From the NCBI GenBank assembly GCA_943788175.1, contig CALSPG010000007.1, forward strand, positions 224,001-288,000: a stretch of 64,000 nucleotides of DNA, in the 5' to 3' direction. Position 1 is the first letter of the stretch. Each line of letters opens with the position of its first letter. Origin of the DNA: an uncultured bacterium (GTDB lineage: Bacteria; Fidelibacterota; Marinisomatia; Marinisomatales; UBA1611). Below the pieces are notes generated by a model. It did not search any database and was not told where the DNA came from. It was given only the letters and a program-made list of their open reading frames with translations. A program made the translations under genes and the position numbers. Positions 10,616-20,992 of the stretch are shown one piece after another.

Positions 10616-11563
10616 ATGCATAGAAGACAAAGAACTATTCGAAGCTCAAAATCTTGCAAAGGTGTAGGTTTGCACACAGGTGTTGATAGTGTAATTACAT
10701 TCCATCCTGCTCCAGAAAATTATGGAATAAGGTTTGTGAGATCGGATATTAAAGACTCTCCTGAAATCAAAGCAGACATTGATCACGTAGTAGATATTTC
10801 AAGGGGTACTACAATAGAGCAAAATGATGTACGGATTCATACTGTTGAACATGCTTTAGCTGCTGTTAACGGTTTAAGAATTGATAATGTAATGATTGAG
10901 CTAAACAATAAAGAAACGCCAGTTATGGACGGTAGCGCAAAAGATTTTGTTGATGCTTTATCGGATGCTGGAACTGTTAAACAAAAATCAAAAAGAAAAG
11001 TCTTAGAAATTACTCGTGCTGTTAATTACACTGATTACTATAGAGATATAGACATTCATGTTATCCCAAGTGATCACTTTAGAGTTACGTTTTTAGTTGA
11101 ATATCCTTTGCCAGCTCTAGGGACTCAATATGAAGCAATCTATAATATGGAAGAGGATTTTGCTGTTGAAGTAGCCCCTGCCCGTACTTTTTGTTTTCTA
11201 AGTGAAATCGAAATGTTAAAAGAACAGGGCTTAATTAAAGGTGGTGGTTTAGACAATGCGCTAGTTATTGTAGATAAAAAAATTGATCAAATTGAAATGA
11301 ACAGATTGAGAAACTTATTTGGTATAGAAGAAGCTATTGTTAATGGTTCAAATGGTTTACTCAATGGGAAGTTACTAAGATTTAAAAATGAGCCAGTCCG
11401 TCATAAAACTCTTGATTTAATTGGTGATTTAGCATTGCTTGGGGTTCCAATTATTGGCCACGTGACGGCTGCAAGAGCAGGCCATGCTAGTAATGTTGAA
11501 TTTGTAAAAAAATTAAAAAAAGTTTATGCAAAAGAATTAGAAGAGTTATGGAAAGGTGATTAG
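10616..11563 (+). CDS. lpxC: UDP-3-O-acyl-GlcNAc deacetylase
   Basis: GVGLHTG, TVEH, PVMDGSA, ARTF, HKTLDLIGDL. Confidence 0.95.
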   Translation: MHRRQRTIRSSKSCKGVGLHTGVDSVITFHPAPENYGIRFVRSDIKDSPEIKADIDHVVDISRGTTIEQNDVRIHTVEHALAAVNGLRIDNVMIELNNKETPVMDGSAKDFVDALSDAGTVKQKSKRKVLEITRAVNYTDYYRDIDIHVIPSDHFRVTFLVEYPLPALGTQYEAIYNMEEDFAVEVAPARTFCFLSEIEMLKEQGLIKGGGLDNALVIVDKKIDQIEMNRLRNLFGIEEAIVNGSNGLLNGKLLRFKNEPVRHKTLDLIGDLALLGVPIIGHVTAARAGHASNVEFVKKLKKVYAKELEELWKGD

Positions 11564-11566
11564 AAA

Positions 11567-12031
11567 ATGAGTAATGATTTAGTAAAAGATTCTTATAATA
11601 TCCAAGATATAATTAAAATTTTACCTCATCGATATCCTTTTGTTTTAATTGATAGAATTGATGAAGTAAAACAAGGTGAATATGTTAACGCGATTAAAAA
11701 CGTTACGATTAATGAGCCTTTTTTTCAAGGCCATTTCCCAGGTCAGCCTGTTATGCCAGGAGTTCTTTCTCTAGAATCGATGGCACAAGCTACCGCTTTT
11801 TTAATGTTACATGAATTAGATGACCCCCTTAAAAAAAATATGTTTATATCGGGTGTTGATAAAGTTCGTTATAGGCGTTTAATCATTCCTGGGGATACTC
11901 TACATATTAATATTAAACTAGTTTCAAAAAAACTCACTCTATATAAGTTTGATGGCACAATCAAAATTAATAACCAGCTTGCGGTGCAAGCAAAAATATT
12001 TTCGAATTTAGTTGACCGCGTAGAGGTTTAG
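11567..12031 (+). CDS. fabZ: 3-hydroxyacyl-ACP dehydratase
   Basis: LPHRYPFVLIDR, FQGHFPGQPVMPGV. Confidence 0.95.
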   Translation: MSNDLVKDSYNIQDIIKILPHRYPFVLIDRIDEVKQGEYVNAIKNVTINEPFFQGHFPGQPVMPGVLSLESMAQATAFLMLHELDDPLKKNMFISGVDKVRYRRLIIPGDTLHINIKLVSKKLTLYKFDGTIKINNQLAVQAKIFSNLVDRVEV

Positions 12032-12032
12032 T

Positions 12033-12806
12033 ATTTCAAATAGTATTCATTCTACGGCTATTGTAGATGCAAACTCGCAACTTGGAAATAATGTTGTTGT
12101 AGGGGCTTATACTGTTATAGAATCAGGTGTATCTATTGGCGATGGAACATTTGTTGGAAACCATGTAACAATATCAGAAGGGTCTAAAATAGGAACTGAT
12201 TGTAAAATCTTTCATTCATCTTCAATTGGCGCGATACCACAAGATCTAAAATATGAAAATGAAAAGACTTTTGTTTCAGTTGGCGATAGAACGATCATTA
12301 GAGAATTTGTAACGATAAATAAAGGTACTTCTGCATCTGGTAAAACATTAGTTGGTTCTGATTGTCTATTAATGGCTTCAGTTCATATAGCTCATGATTG
12401 TACGGTTGGCAATAATGTTATTATGTCAAATTTGACAACACTTGGAGGTCACGTGAATATAGAAAACTGGGCTATATTGAGTGGTGGAGTTTTAGTTCAT
12501 CAATTTTGCAACGTGGGTGAACATGCATTTGTTGGTGCTAGTGGATTAGTAACTCAAGATGTCCCTCCTTTTATTTTAGCTGCTGGAACACCTCTAGAGT
12601 ATAGTGGCATTAATAGCGTTGGATTAAAAAGAAGAGGGTTTTTGTCAGAAAACAGGAAAGAAATAAAAAATATTTACAAAACCTATTTTCGTTCAAAAAA
12701 TAACCGTAGAGATAATATAAGAAAAATAGAGCAAGAATTAATAGAGTCTGAGTTAGCAAAAAAAATTATTAAGTTTATTGAAAACAGTGACAGAGGAATC
12801 ATTTAG
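12033..12806 (+). CDS. lpxA: UDP-GlcNAc acyltransferase LpxA, apparent ATT start
   Basis: Frame open from 12024; (M)SNSIHSTAIVD..., PQDLKY, HIAHDC, VHQF; the ORF track catches only the 3' part from 12372. Confidence 0.92.
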   Translation: MSNSIHSTAIVDANSQLGNNVVVGAYTVIESGVSIGDGTFVGNHVTISEGSKIGTDCKIFHSSSIGAIPQDLKYENEKTFVSVGDRTIIREFVTINKGTSASGKTLVGSDCLLMASVHIAHDCTVGNNVIMSNLTTLGGHVNIENWAILSGGVLVHQFCNVGEHAFVGASGLVTQDVPPFILAAGTPLEYSGINSVGLKRRGFLSENRKEIKNIYKTYFRSKNNRRDNIRKIEQELIESELAKKIIKFIENSDRGII

Positions 12807-12811
12807 GATAA

Positions 12812-13495
12812 ATGAAATTTATACTTAGGCTTGGTTGTTTTTTATTAAGTCTTTCTTGTAGTCAGAGCGTAGATTTTAGATATAATAATATTGATAATGA
12901 GAATCTTCATGCTCATGCAATAAAAGTTTCAAATTCCTCTACATTATGGCTTTCTGAACAAATTAACACCCCAAGAACAAATAGATACAGGCTATTTGTT
13001 AAATATGGACAATCATTAATTTTGAAAGAGATAAATTACAAAAAGTGGATTTTACCAAATCTTGAGTTTGGAGTTAAACCAACAAATAATTTATTGTTAT
13101 CTGGAAAGTTTTTTGGGTTGCATCTAGACAAAGATTCTCCACAAATTATTGGAGGAGGCGTTCATTATCTTACTGGAGAAAATAATAATTGGACTATCTC
13201 TTTTCAGAAATCAGCAATTAATGGTTTAAATGATTTTAGATTAGTCTCAACTTCATTTAACATTAAAAAGTTAATCCACCAATCATTTTTCGATATGTAT
13301 GTTGATATTGGGCTAAATTATTATATCAGTAATTCATATTATAGCTCAGTTGACCTTCCAAAAAAAATTGAACGAGATTTAAATCATATTGGTGTTTTAT
13401 TCATGACTCCATTTAACAGTTTAAATATTATAATTTCATTGAAAGTAAGTCCTGATAATCATTTAATTCAAGCTGCTTTAATTAAAGGGTTTTAA
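12812..13495 (+). CDS. Hypothetical exported, beta-rich outer membrane protein
   Basis: Hydrophobic N-terminus with LSC, amphipathic beta strands, C-terminal Phe. Confidence 0.55.
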   Translation: MKFILRLGCFLLSLSCSQSVDFRYNNIDNENLHAHAIKVSNSSTLWLSEQINTPRTNRYRLFVKYGQSLILKEINYKKWILPNLEFGVKPTNNLLLSGKFFGLHLDKDSPQIIGGGVHYLTGENNNWTISFQKSAINGLNDFRLVSTSFNIKKLIHQSFFDMYVDIGLNYYISNSYYSSVDLPKKIERDLNHIGVLFMTPFNSLNIIISLKVSPDNHLIQAALIKGF

Positions 13496-13497
13496 TT

Positions 13498-14643
13498 TTG
13501 AAAAAAATATCAATACTTGGCTCTACCGGTTCAATTGGCGTAAATGCATTGAACGTAATTAGAAAAATTCCAGAAAAATTCCAAGTGGTGCATCTCGCAG
13601 GAAATATGAACACAGAAAGGATGATTGCTCAGGGTAAAGAATTTCTTCCCGCTTCAATAACTATGGTAGACATTCAAGCTGCTGAGATAGTTGAAAAAGC
13701 GTTAAAAGGATTAAGCATAGAAATTTATTCTGGAAGAGAGGAGTTATTAGATTTAGCCGGGGATAAGAATGTTGACCTTCTATTGAATGCATTAGTCGGA
13801 GCATCAGGAATGGAGCCTACATTGAAAGCATTAGAAAATGGTGTTGATGTCGCTCTTTCAAACAAAGAAAGCTTGGTCGTCGCTGGTGACATCATTTATA
13901 GTGCTATGAAAAAATCTGGAGCGAATTTATTTCCAGTAGATAGTGAGCATTCTGCCATATGGCAGTGCTTATTTGGGGAAGCTAAAGAAGATATTGAAAA
14001 AATAATTCTAACTGGAAGTGGTGGGCCTTTTAGAACTCGGGCTATTGACAGTTTTTCAACAGTGACTAAGTCTGATGCTTTGAATCATCCTAATTGGGAA
14101 ATGGGTCAAAAAATAACAATTGATTCAGCTACAATGATGAACAAGGGTCTGGAGGTAATAGAAGCATATTGGTTATTTAATTTAGAGATATCTCAAATTG
14201 AAATTATAGTTCATCCTCAATCCATTATTCATTCTATGGTGCAATTTAAGGATGGCTCAATTAAAGCACAGTTAGGTGTTCCAGATATGAAAATCCCCAT
14301 ACAATATGCTTTAACATACCCCAGGCACTTACCCTCAAAGTGGGAAAGATTAGATTTTAAAACAATTGGAGACTTAACTTTTGAAGCGCCAAACTTTGAA
14401 AGATTTCCATGTATTAAATTAGCTTATGATGTTTTAGAAAAAATGGGAACATCTCCAGCCGTTTTGAATTTTGCTAATGATTATTGTGTCTACAGATTTT
14501 TAAGAGAAGAGATCAAATTTATAGATATACCTAAAATCATTGAATCGGCTCTAGGAAACCATACCTGGCTCAAAAATCCCAAATTAGAAGACATTAAGAA
14601 CTTAGATTATTGGACAAAAGATTTCGTAAACAACTTTGATTAA
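13498..14643 (+). CDS. dxr: 1-deoxy-D-xylulose 5-phosphate reductoisomerase
   Basis: LGSTGSIG, NKESLV, PVDSEHSA, HPNWEMGQKITIDSATMMNKGLE. Confidence 0.97.
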   Translation: MKKISILGSTGSIGVNALNVIRKIPEKFQVVHLAGNMNTERMIAQGKEFLPASITMVDIQAAEIVEKALKGLSIEIYSGREELLDLAGDKNVDLLLNALVGASGMEPTLKALENGVDVALSNKESLVVAGDIIYSAMKKSGANLFPVDSEHSAIWQCLFGEAKEDIEKIILTGSGGPFRTRAIDSFSTVTKSDALNHPNWEMGQKITIDSATMMNKGLEVIEAYWLFNLEISQIEIIVHPQSIIHSMVQFKDGSIKAQLGVPDMKIPIQYALTYPRHLPSKWERLDFKTIGDLTFEAPNFERFPCIKLAYDVLEKMGTSPAVLNFANDYCVYRFLREEIKFIDIPKIIESALGNHTWLKNPKLEDIKNLDYWTKDFVNNFD

Positions 14644-14687
14644 TTTGGAACAATTCAATTAGATTTATATATCAATAAACAATAATT

Positions 14688-15857
14688 ATGATATTCATTT
14701 GGTCAACCGCTCTCGTTATTGGAATTCTTGTATTCGTACATGAGTTAGGTCATTATCTAGCTGCAAGATCAGTTGGTGTTAGAGTAGAAAAATTTTCTAT
14801 TGGGTTTCCCCCAAGATTTTTCACTGTGACATCAGTAGATAACGGGTTTGACATAACATTTTTTTTCTTTCGCTTTTTTGAGGGTAGTTTAAAGTGGATG
14901 CCTATTTTTAATACAAAAATAGGGATTGAAAATCGAAAGGGTACAAATACTGAATACGTAGTTGCACTGATACCCTTAGGTGGGTATGTGAAAATGGCTG
15001 GCTCTTTAGATGAAAGCTTTGATAATGAAGTAACTGGTTCCCCCGATGAGTTTTCTAGTAAGACAGTTCTCCAAAAAATATGGATTCTGAGTGCTGGCGT
15101 TATAATGAATATATTGACAGCATTTATAATTTTTACAGGTATTACCTTTTTTCAAGGAATTCCTGAAATAAATGAAGATCCATTCATTGGTTCGGTTTCT
15201 CCGAACAGTCCGGCGATGAAAGCAGGTTTAAAGGCTGGTGATGAGATTTTAAGTATCAATGGTGAAGAAGTATACAAGTGGATGGATCTAGTAAAAATTC
15301 TACAACCGATTCCAAATACTTTAGTAGATATTAAAGTTCAAAGAAATGGAATCCCTAGAATATTTTCTTTTGAGACTTATAAAATCCCATTGCCAACAAA
15401 AAATGGGATAGACACTGTCGGCGGAATAGGTATTGGACAGGATTATTCATATGTAACTACAAATTTTAGTGAATCTGTATCTGCAGGGTATATAAAAACC
15501 CTCCGAAGCTTTGGTCTTATTTCATTAACATTTAAAATGTTAGCTAGCGGTCAAGCAACGATAAAAGATCTTGGCGGTCCAATAATGATTGGACAAATCG
15601 CTGGTGAAACAGCAAAGGCAGGTTGGATTCCACTTTTAAACTTCATGGCATTGATTAGTATAAATTTGGCATTTTTAAATATACTACCGGTACCAGGATT
15701 AGATGGTGGGCATATTTTCATCATACTCATTGAAACTATTATAAGAAAGCCACTTAGCATAAAATCTAGAATGGTGATTCAACAAGTGGGGATGGTGCTT
15801 TTATTAGGTCTTATGTTTACTGTTATGTTTAATGATGTTACGAGATTGTTTAACTAG
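14688..15857 (+). CDS. rseP: RIP metalloprotease RseP
   Basis: HELGH, PDZ domain, NILPVPGLDGG. Confidence 0.95.
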   Translation: MIFIWSTALVIGILVFVHELGHYLAARSVGVRVEKFSIGFPPRFFTVTSVDNGFDITFFFFRFFEGSLKWMPIFNTKIGIENRKGTNTEYVVALIPLGGYVKMAGSLDESFDNEVTGSPDEFSSKTVLQKIWILSAGVIMNILTAFIIFTGITFFQGIPEINEDPFIGSVSPNSPAMKAGLKAGDEILSINGEEVYKWMDLVKILQPIPNTLVDIKVQRNGIPRIFSFETYKIPLPTKNGIDTVGGIGIGQDYSYVTTNFSESVSAGYIKTLRSFGLISLTFKMLASGQATIKDLGGPIMIGQIAGETAKAGWIPLLNFMALISINLAFLNILPVPGLDGGHIFIILIETIIRKPLSIKSRMVIQQVGMVLLLGLMFTVMFNDVTRLFN

Positions 15858-16542
15858 TTTTAGATAATTCGAGATTTAATGACCCAAACTTCATTTTTAA
15901 AGTTATTAATAATGGGAGCTTTTCTTTTTCTGAAATCCACATAGTCATCTTGCCAGCATTTTTAAATGAGCTTCCATCCATCTTTTGAGGCCATATTTTA
16001 TTAGCGAAATAGCTACCATAAGAAGTTTTTATCTTTTCCAGATTATCAACAAAAAACTGCAAAGGCATAATCTTTTTATTATCTACTATTTGAAGTTCAT
16101 GGTTTTCTGCATAGTTTAAGTTTTTTGTTCTGAAATAATATATTAAAGAATATGGGTTGACGACTTTATCATTATAGTAAATAGTATCCTTTTTATAAAT
16201 AAACATTTTTTCATCATTTCTAAAGGAAGCCAAAGAGTTTTGCGTATATTTTCCTTGTCTTAGTTTTTTTTGTACTCTAATTGGTTCCCATGTATTTAAA
16301 TCTACATCGATAATAATCTTATCATTTATCGGGAAAATAAATTTAAGAGAAGGTTTTGATTTAACAATGAATTGAATTTTTAAGATATTTTTATTGTCAG
16401 AATTTATATATCGTTTTGAACTCAAAGATGCATTTGCAATATTTACACCACCAAAAGAAGCAGTGTATTCTAAGACTTCATCCCATTGTTTATCTCCGAA
16501 GCATAGTGAGGACATAAGCATTATTAGAAACATTATTCTCAT
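15850..16542 (-). CDS. DUF3108-like exported protein
   Basis: Signal peptide; EVLEY, C-terminal WIS...LP...MKFGS pattern. Confidence 0.6.
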   Translation of the reverse strand: MRIMFLIMLMSSLCFGDKQWDEVLEYTASFGGVNIANASLSSKRYINSDNKNILKIQFIVKSKPSLKFIFPINDKIIIDVDLNTWEPIRVQKKLRQGKYTQNSLASFRNDEKMFIYKKDTIYYNDKVVNPYSLIYYFRTKNLNYAENHELQIVDNKKIMPLQFFVDNLEKIKTSYGSYFANKIWPQKMDGSSFKNAGKMTMWISEKEKLPLLITLKMKFGSLNLELSKTS

Positions 16543-17111
16543 CTGATGTTTTTCAAGTTTCCTTTTTCATATTTATATATTTTTGAAGCAGTGTTCATAA
16601 GTGTTCCATCTTCAATGATTAAGTCTATTTCATTTTTAAAAGAATACAGAATTTCATCAACATTAGTTTTAGGTTTTTTCCCATTTCTGTTCACACTTGT
16701 AGTTGTAATGGGGACTTTACAGCAATTTGCTAGTGAAATACAAAAAGGGTGTTTTGAAAATCGTATTCCTAATGTATTGTTTGGTCCTAATATTTTATTT
16801 TCTACTATGTTTTTTTTTACAGGAAAAATAATAGTTGTTTGCGCTTTTAAATATTGTAGTGCGTTTTTTATTTCATTGTCAGGAAGTCTTAACCAATTAG
16901 ATGCTTTTTCTTTACTTTCAATTATTACACTTATAGGACCTTGGCGATTTTTAATTAAGTTTAAATTATTAATCGCTTCCAAGTTTAGTGCATTTACCCC
17001 CAGACCATATATCGTATCAGTTGGGTAAACTAAAATCCCACCATTTAAAATTACTTCTCTTGCGGAATCTAACGCTTTTTCATTTTCCCAATTTAGTATT
17101 TTAGTTTTCAA
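16539..17111 (-). CDS. tsaC: L-threonylcarbamoyladenylate synthase (YrdC/Sua5)
   Basis: YPTDTIYGL, KNR, TTTSVN. Confidence 0.88.
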   Translation of the reverse strand: MKTKILNWENEKALDSAREVILNGGILVYPTDTIYGLGVNALNLEAINNLNLIKNRQGPISVIIESKEKASNWLRLPDNEIKNALQYLKAQTTIIFPVKKNIVENKILGPNNTLGIRFSKHPFCISLANCCKVPITTTSVNRNGKKPKTNVDEILYSFKNEIDLIIEDGTLMNTASKIYKYEKGNLKNIR

Positions 17112-17965
17112 TTAGTCTCTTTTGTTTTCCAGCGTTTGTGGAACCAAAAATATTGTTCTGGATACTTTTTTACTAAGATTTCTAGTGCTGAAGTATAGCT
17201 CTGAGTTATTGTTTTCACAGTATTTTCTTTTGATTCAATAGCTGTAATTTTAATTTTATATTCATTAAAATGTGTCTGTAGACAAACTCCAAATATCATT
17301 GGTGCATTTGTCCTTTGATGAAATAAAGCTGCGCCCTTATGCGTTGAAGCTGGTTCATTAAAAAAATTAACAAATACTCCTTTTCGCTTTGCGTCTTGGT
17401 CACTAACTAATCCAAGAATCTCTTTTTGATGTAAAACATCATAAAGTATTTCAATATTTGTTTTTCTATAAACTTGTGAAATTCCGCTTAATTTACGTTT
17501 TTCTTCAAAAAATTTATTTGCTCCTCTATTCTTTTGTTTTTGAGCGACTCCTCTAAGTGGATAATCATTTACCCCAAACCAATGCCCTAAAATTTCCCAA
17601 ACACCAAAGTGTGCAGAAATTAATATTACACCCTTATCATTTTTTAAGGCATCATTTAAAATTTTTCTTCCATCAACTTTTATTTTAAGATAATCCTGTT
17701 TTGGAGGGAAAGCCATAAATTGTATAAAATTATATGTAAAAAACTGGTAGCAATTTTTAAGGATTTGATCAACTTCAGCAGAAGATCTACTTGGAAAAGC
17801 TATTCGAATATTATTTAAAGCAGTGTCCTTGCGTTTAGGTATATAATTATAAAGTATACTAGCAATGTTTTGGCTTATTATATAACGGCTTTTGCTAGAT
17901 AACGATTTTAATATATTACCAAAAGATTTTAATATATAATATGTTAGTTTATAATAAAGACTCAA
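17108..17965 (-). CDS. Lipid A late acyltransferase (LpxL/HtrB family)
   Basis: SAHFGVWE, DQD, FF, PEQYFWFHKRWK. Confidence 0.9.
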   Translation of the reverse strand: MSLYYKLTYYILKSFGNILKSLSSKSRYIISQNIASILYNYIPKRKDTALNNIRIAFPSRSSAEVDQILKNCYQFFTYNFIQFMAFPPKQDYLKIKVDGRKILNDALKNDKGVILISAHFGVWEILGHWFGVNDYPLRGVAQKQKNRGANKFFEEKRKLSGISQVYRKTNIEILYDVLHQKEILGLVSDQDAKRKGVFVNFFNEPASTHKGAALFHQRTNAPMIFGVCLQTHFNEYKIKITAIESKENTVKTITQSYTSALEILVKKYPEQYFWFHKRWKTKETN

Positions 17966-18041
17966 AAACTCCCCTTTATATAATTTTTTTTAAATGAATA
18001 GTGTTAGACTAGTTGTATGATTCACAGTCAAATTTAGCCAT

Positions 18042-19448
18042 ATGAAACAAATTTTTATTTATTTTTGCATTTTTTTTAACATTTCTCATGCTAATAAAGT
18101 ATATCATATTCCAATATCTGGGACCATTGATTTAGGATTACCTCCTTTTATACAACGTTCAATTGAAGAAGCAGAGAATGATAGTGCCTCAGCAATTGTG
18201 TTTGAAATTAATACGTTTGGAGGAAGGGTCGATGCCGCTACTCAAATTAAGGATGCAATACTTGATTCAAAAGTTCCAACTATTGCCTTTATTAATAAGA
18301 GAGCAATTTCTGCAGGTGCACTTATATCTTTATCTTGTGAGAGAATTTATATGACCGGTGGCGCAACTATTGGGGCCACAACTGCAGTGGATATGCAAGG
18401 AAATAAAGCAAGTGAAAAAGTTATAAGCTATATGCGAGAAGAAATGGCTTCCACCGCTGAGAAGAGGGGAAGAAATATAATAATAGCAAGAGGTATGGTT
18501 GACGAAGAACTAGAGTTTCCAAGTAAAGTGGTAAATGAATTTGTGAAGAGTGATAATGAAATTGATACGATTAAAACAAAAATTTATTATCTCTTGTTTA
18601 ATAGCGATACGGTTATTGTAAATGATATAGAAGGAAGGAAGCAGGGTAATTTAATTACTTTAACAACAGAGCAATCTCTTAAGTACAATATAGCAGATGC
18701 TTCTGCTGATAATTTTGATGCTGTTTTGGACTCCTTAGGTCTTTCAACTTTAAGTGTCAAAAAAACTAAAGAAAATTGGTCTGAAAGTTTTGTTAGATTC
18801 TTAACAAACCCAGTTGTGGCTTCACTACTTACAACATTTGGGTTTTTAGGTATTTTATTTGAACTACAAAGCCCAGGATGGGGTATCCCGGGTTCGATAG
18901 GATTAATATGTCTAATTCTTTCATTAAGCGCTTCATATATTGCAGAGTTGGCAACGATGAATGATTTATTAGTAATTTTATTGGGGATTTTATTTTTGTT
19001 GGTAGAAGCATTTATCTTACCAGGATTTGGAATTGCAGGGGTAGCAGGGATAGGATTTATACTGTGGGGTCTTTATTTACTTTTACTGCCCGATATACCA
19101 GTAGGAGAGGATATTTTGAACCAAGCTTCTAACGGTTTAATAATAGGCATTCTTGGAGCTATAGTTGGGTTATTCTTACTGTTTAGGGCGATGACTAAAA
19201 CAAAATTTTGGAGAGACTTAACTTCACCAGGGATTCAAAAAAAAGAAGAAGGTTATGCAACTAGTTTCGGATGGGAAAAATTTATTGGGCAAGAAGCCAG
19301 GACTGAAACAGACCTACATCCATCGGGTTGGGTAGTTGTAAAAGATGAGCGATTTTTTGCTCTAAGTGAGGGTAATTTTATTAACAAAAATGAAACTGTT
19401 ATTATATTATCTGTAGATGGTAACAGGATAGTTGTTCGTAAAAAATAG
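18042..19448 (+). CDS. nfeD: NfeD (YqeZ-like) membrane-bound serine protease
   Basis: NTFGG, AISAGALI, TM helices, C-terminal OB fold; upstream of floA. Confidence 0.9.
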   Translation: MKQIFIYFCIFFNISHANKVYHIPISGTIDLGLPPFIQRSIEEAENDSASAIVFEINTFGGRVDAATQIKDAILDSKVPTIAFINKRAISAGALISLSCERIYMTGGATIGATTAVDMQGNKASEKVISYMREEMASTAEKRGRNIIIARGMVDEELEFPSKVVNEFVKSDNEIDTIKTKIYYLLFNSDTVIVNDIEGRKQGNLITLTTEQSLKYNIADASADNFDAVLDSLGLSTLSVKKTKENWSESFVRFLTNPVVASLLTTFGFLGILFELQSPGWGIPGSIGLICLILSLSASYIAELATMNDLLVILLGILFLLVEAFILPGFGIAGVAGIGFILWGLYLLLLPDIPVGEDILNQASNGLIIGILGAIVGLFLLFRAMTKTKFWRDLTSPGIQKKEEGYATSFGWEKFIGQEARTETDLHPSGWVVVKDERFFALSEGNFINKNETVIILSVDGNRIVVRKK

Positions 19449-19478
19449 AGATTTAATAATTTTTAAAAGGAGTCAAAT

Positions 19479-20498
19479 ATGCCAGTAGTTCAAGGGACAT
19501 TTTTAATTGTAATTGTATTATTTTTTGTCCTTTTCTTTTATTTTGTCCCGCTTGGGATGTGGGTGCAGGCGGTTGTGTCACTAGGCCTGGGTAGAATTAG
19601 AATCGTAGATTTAATTAGAATGCGACTTAGAAAAATATCACCTAGGCTAGTTGTTGATGGTGTAATTAACACTCACAAAGCTGGTTTAGACCACATCTCC
19701 ACTGATATGCTTGAAACTCATTATCTTGCGGGGGGGAATGTAGAAAATATTGTTTCTGCTATGATAGCATCAGATAAAGCAAATATACAGTTATCATTTG
19801 AAATTGCAACAGCTATTGATCTTGCGGGTAGAGATGTGAAAGCTGCTGTTGAAACGAGTGTCTACCCTAAAGTAATTAATGCCCCTGTCGATGGGTATTT
19901 AAGCGCAGTTGCAAAAGATGGAATAGAGCTGAAAGCAAGGGCCAGAGTAACTGTTCGAACGAATATACCTGGTCTTGTTGGTGGTGCTACTGATGACACA
20001 ATTATTGCTAGAGTAGGAGAAGGTATAGTTAGTGCTATTGGATCAGCGACTACATATTCAGATGTATTAGAGAATCCAGACAGCATATCTAAATCAGTAC
20101 TTAATAAGGGGTTGGATTCAGGTACCGCATTTGAAATATTATCTATTGATATTGCGGACTTAGATGTTGGTAAAAATATTGGCGCTTCACTTCAAGCAGA
20201 TCAAGCAGAAGCCGATTTACGTGTTGCACAAGCAAAAGCAGAAACGCGACGTGCAATGGCAGTTGCAGAAGAACAAGAGATGCAAGCAAAAGTACAAGAA
20301 ATGAAGGCAAAAGTAGTAGCGGCGGAAGCAGAAGTTCCGAAAGCAATGTCTCAAGCATTTCGAGATGGGAACATAGGCGTTCTTGATTATTATAATATGA
20401 ATAATATTAAAGCCGATACTGGAATGAGAGATTCAATTGCTGATTCTTCGATTCACCCTAAAGACTCAAGAGATGATGTTGACTCTGAAGACAGATAG
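19479..20498 (+). CDS. floA: Flotillin-like protein FloA (YqfA)
   Basis: [44 protein letters not shown]. Confidence 0.93.
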   Translation: MPVVQGTFLIVIVLFFVLFFYFVPLGMWVQAVVSLGLGRIRIVDLIRMRLRKISPRLVVDGVINTHKAGLDHISTDMLETHYLAGGNVENIVSAMIASDKANIQLSFEIATAIDLAGRDVKAAVETSVYPKVINAPVDGYLSAVAKDGIELKARARVTVRTNIPGLVGGATDDTIIARVGEGIVSAIGSATTYSDVLENPDSISKSVLNKGLDSGTAFEILSIDIADLDVGKNIGASLQADQAEADLRVAQAKAETRRAMAVAEEQEMQAKVQEMKAKVVAAEAEVPKAMSQAFRDGNIGVLDYYNMNNIKADTGMRDSIADSSIHPKDSRDDVDSEDR

Positions 20499-20525
20499 CT
20501 TTTCTTAGGATAGTGAGAAAATAGC

Positions 20526-20978
20526 ATGAGTAATTGGCTATTTTTAATGCTTTTGTATGCTTTTTTTGGGTGGTTCAAAAAAAAGCATAGAGATAAATCT
20601 GTAGAAAAATTAGAAGGCAATGACAGCCAAAAATCAAATAGTATTGTAGATTTTGGAGAGGGTATTTTAAATGCATTAATTGGTGATGAGAAACCAGCAC
20701 CAGAGTATAGTTCAATATCGAATCAAATTAAACCTGAAGAATATGACCAGCCATCCGAAGATTATTCTGACAATGAAGAGCAATCGAAAGAAGAAGATGT
20801 AAAAATTTCTACTGAACAACTACAAACTAAAAAGAATATTTGGTCGTCAACGATTAGAGTAAAAAAGTCACGTAGAAATAATGGGAATATATTAGCAGGC
20901 CTAATCGATTTAAATGATCCAGTAAAGACGGGAGTTATTTTCAAAGAAATCTTTGACAAGCCAAAGGCATTAAGGTGA
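20526..20978 (+). CDS. Hypothetical membrane-anchored protein (third gene of nfeD-floA operon)
   Basis: N-terminal TM, acidic linker, C-terminal GVIFKEIFDKPKALR resembling the YqfB-type tail. Confidence 0.6.
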   Translation: MSNWLFLMLLYAFFGWFKKKHRDKSVEKLEGNDSQKSNSIVDFGEGILNALIGDEKPAPEYSSISNQIKPEEYDQPSEDYSDNEEQSKEEDVKISTEQLQTKKNIWSSTIRVKKSRRNNGNILAGLIDLNDPVKTGVIFKEIFDKPKALR

Positions 20979-20992
20979 GATAGAAGATAGAA

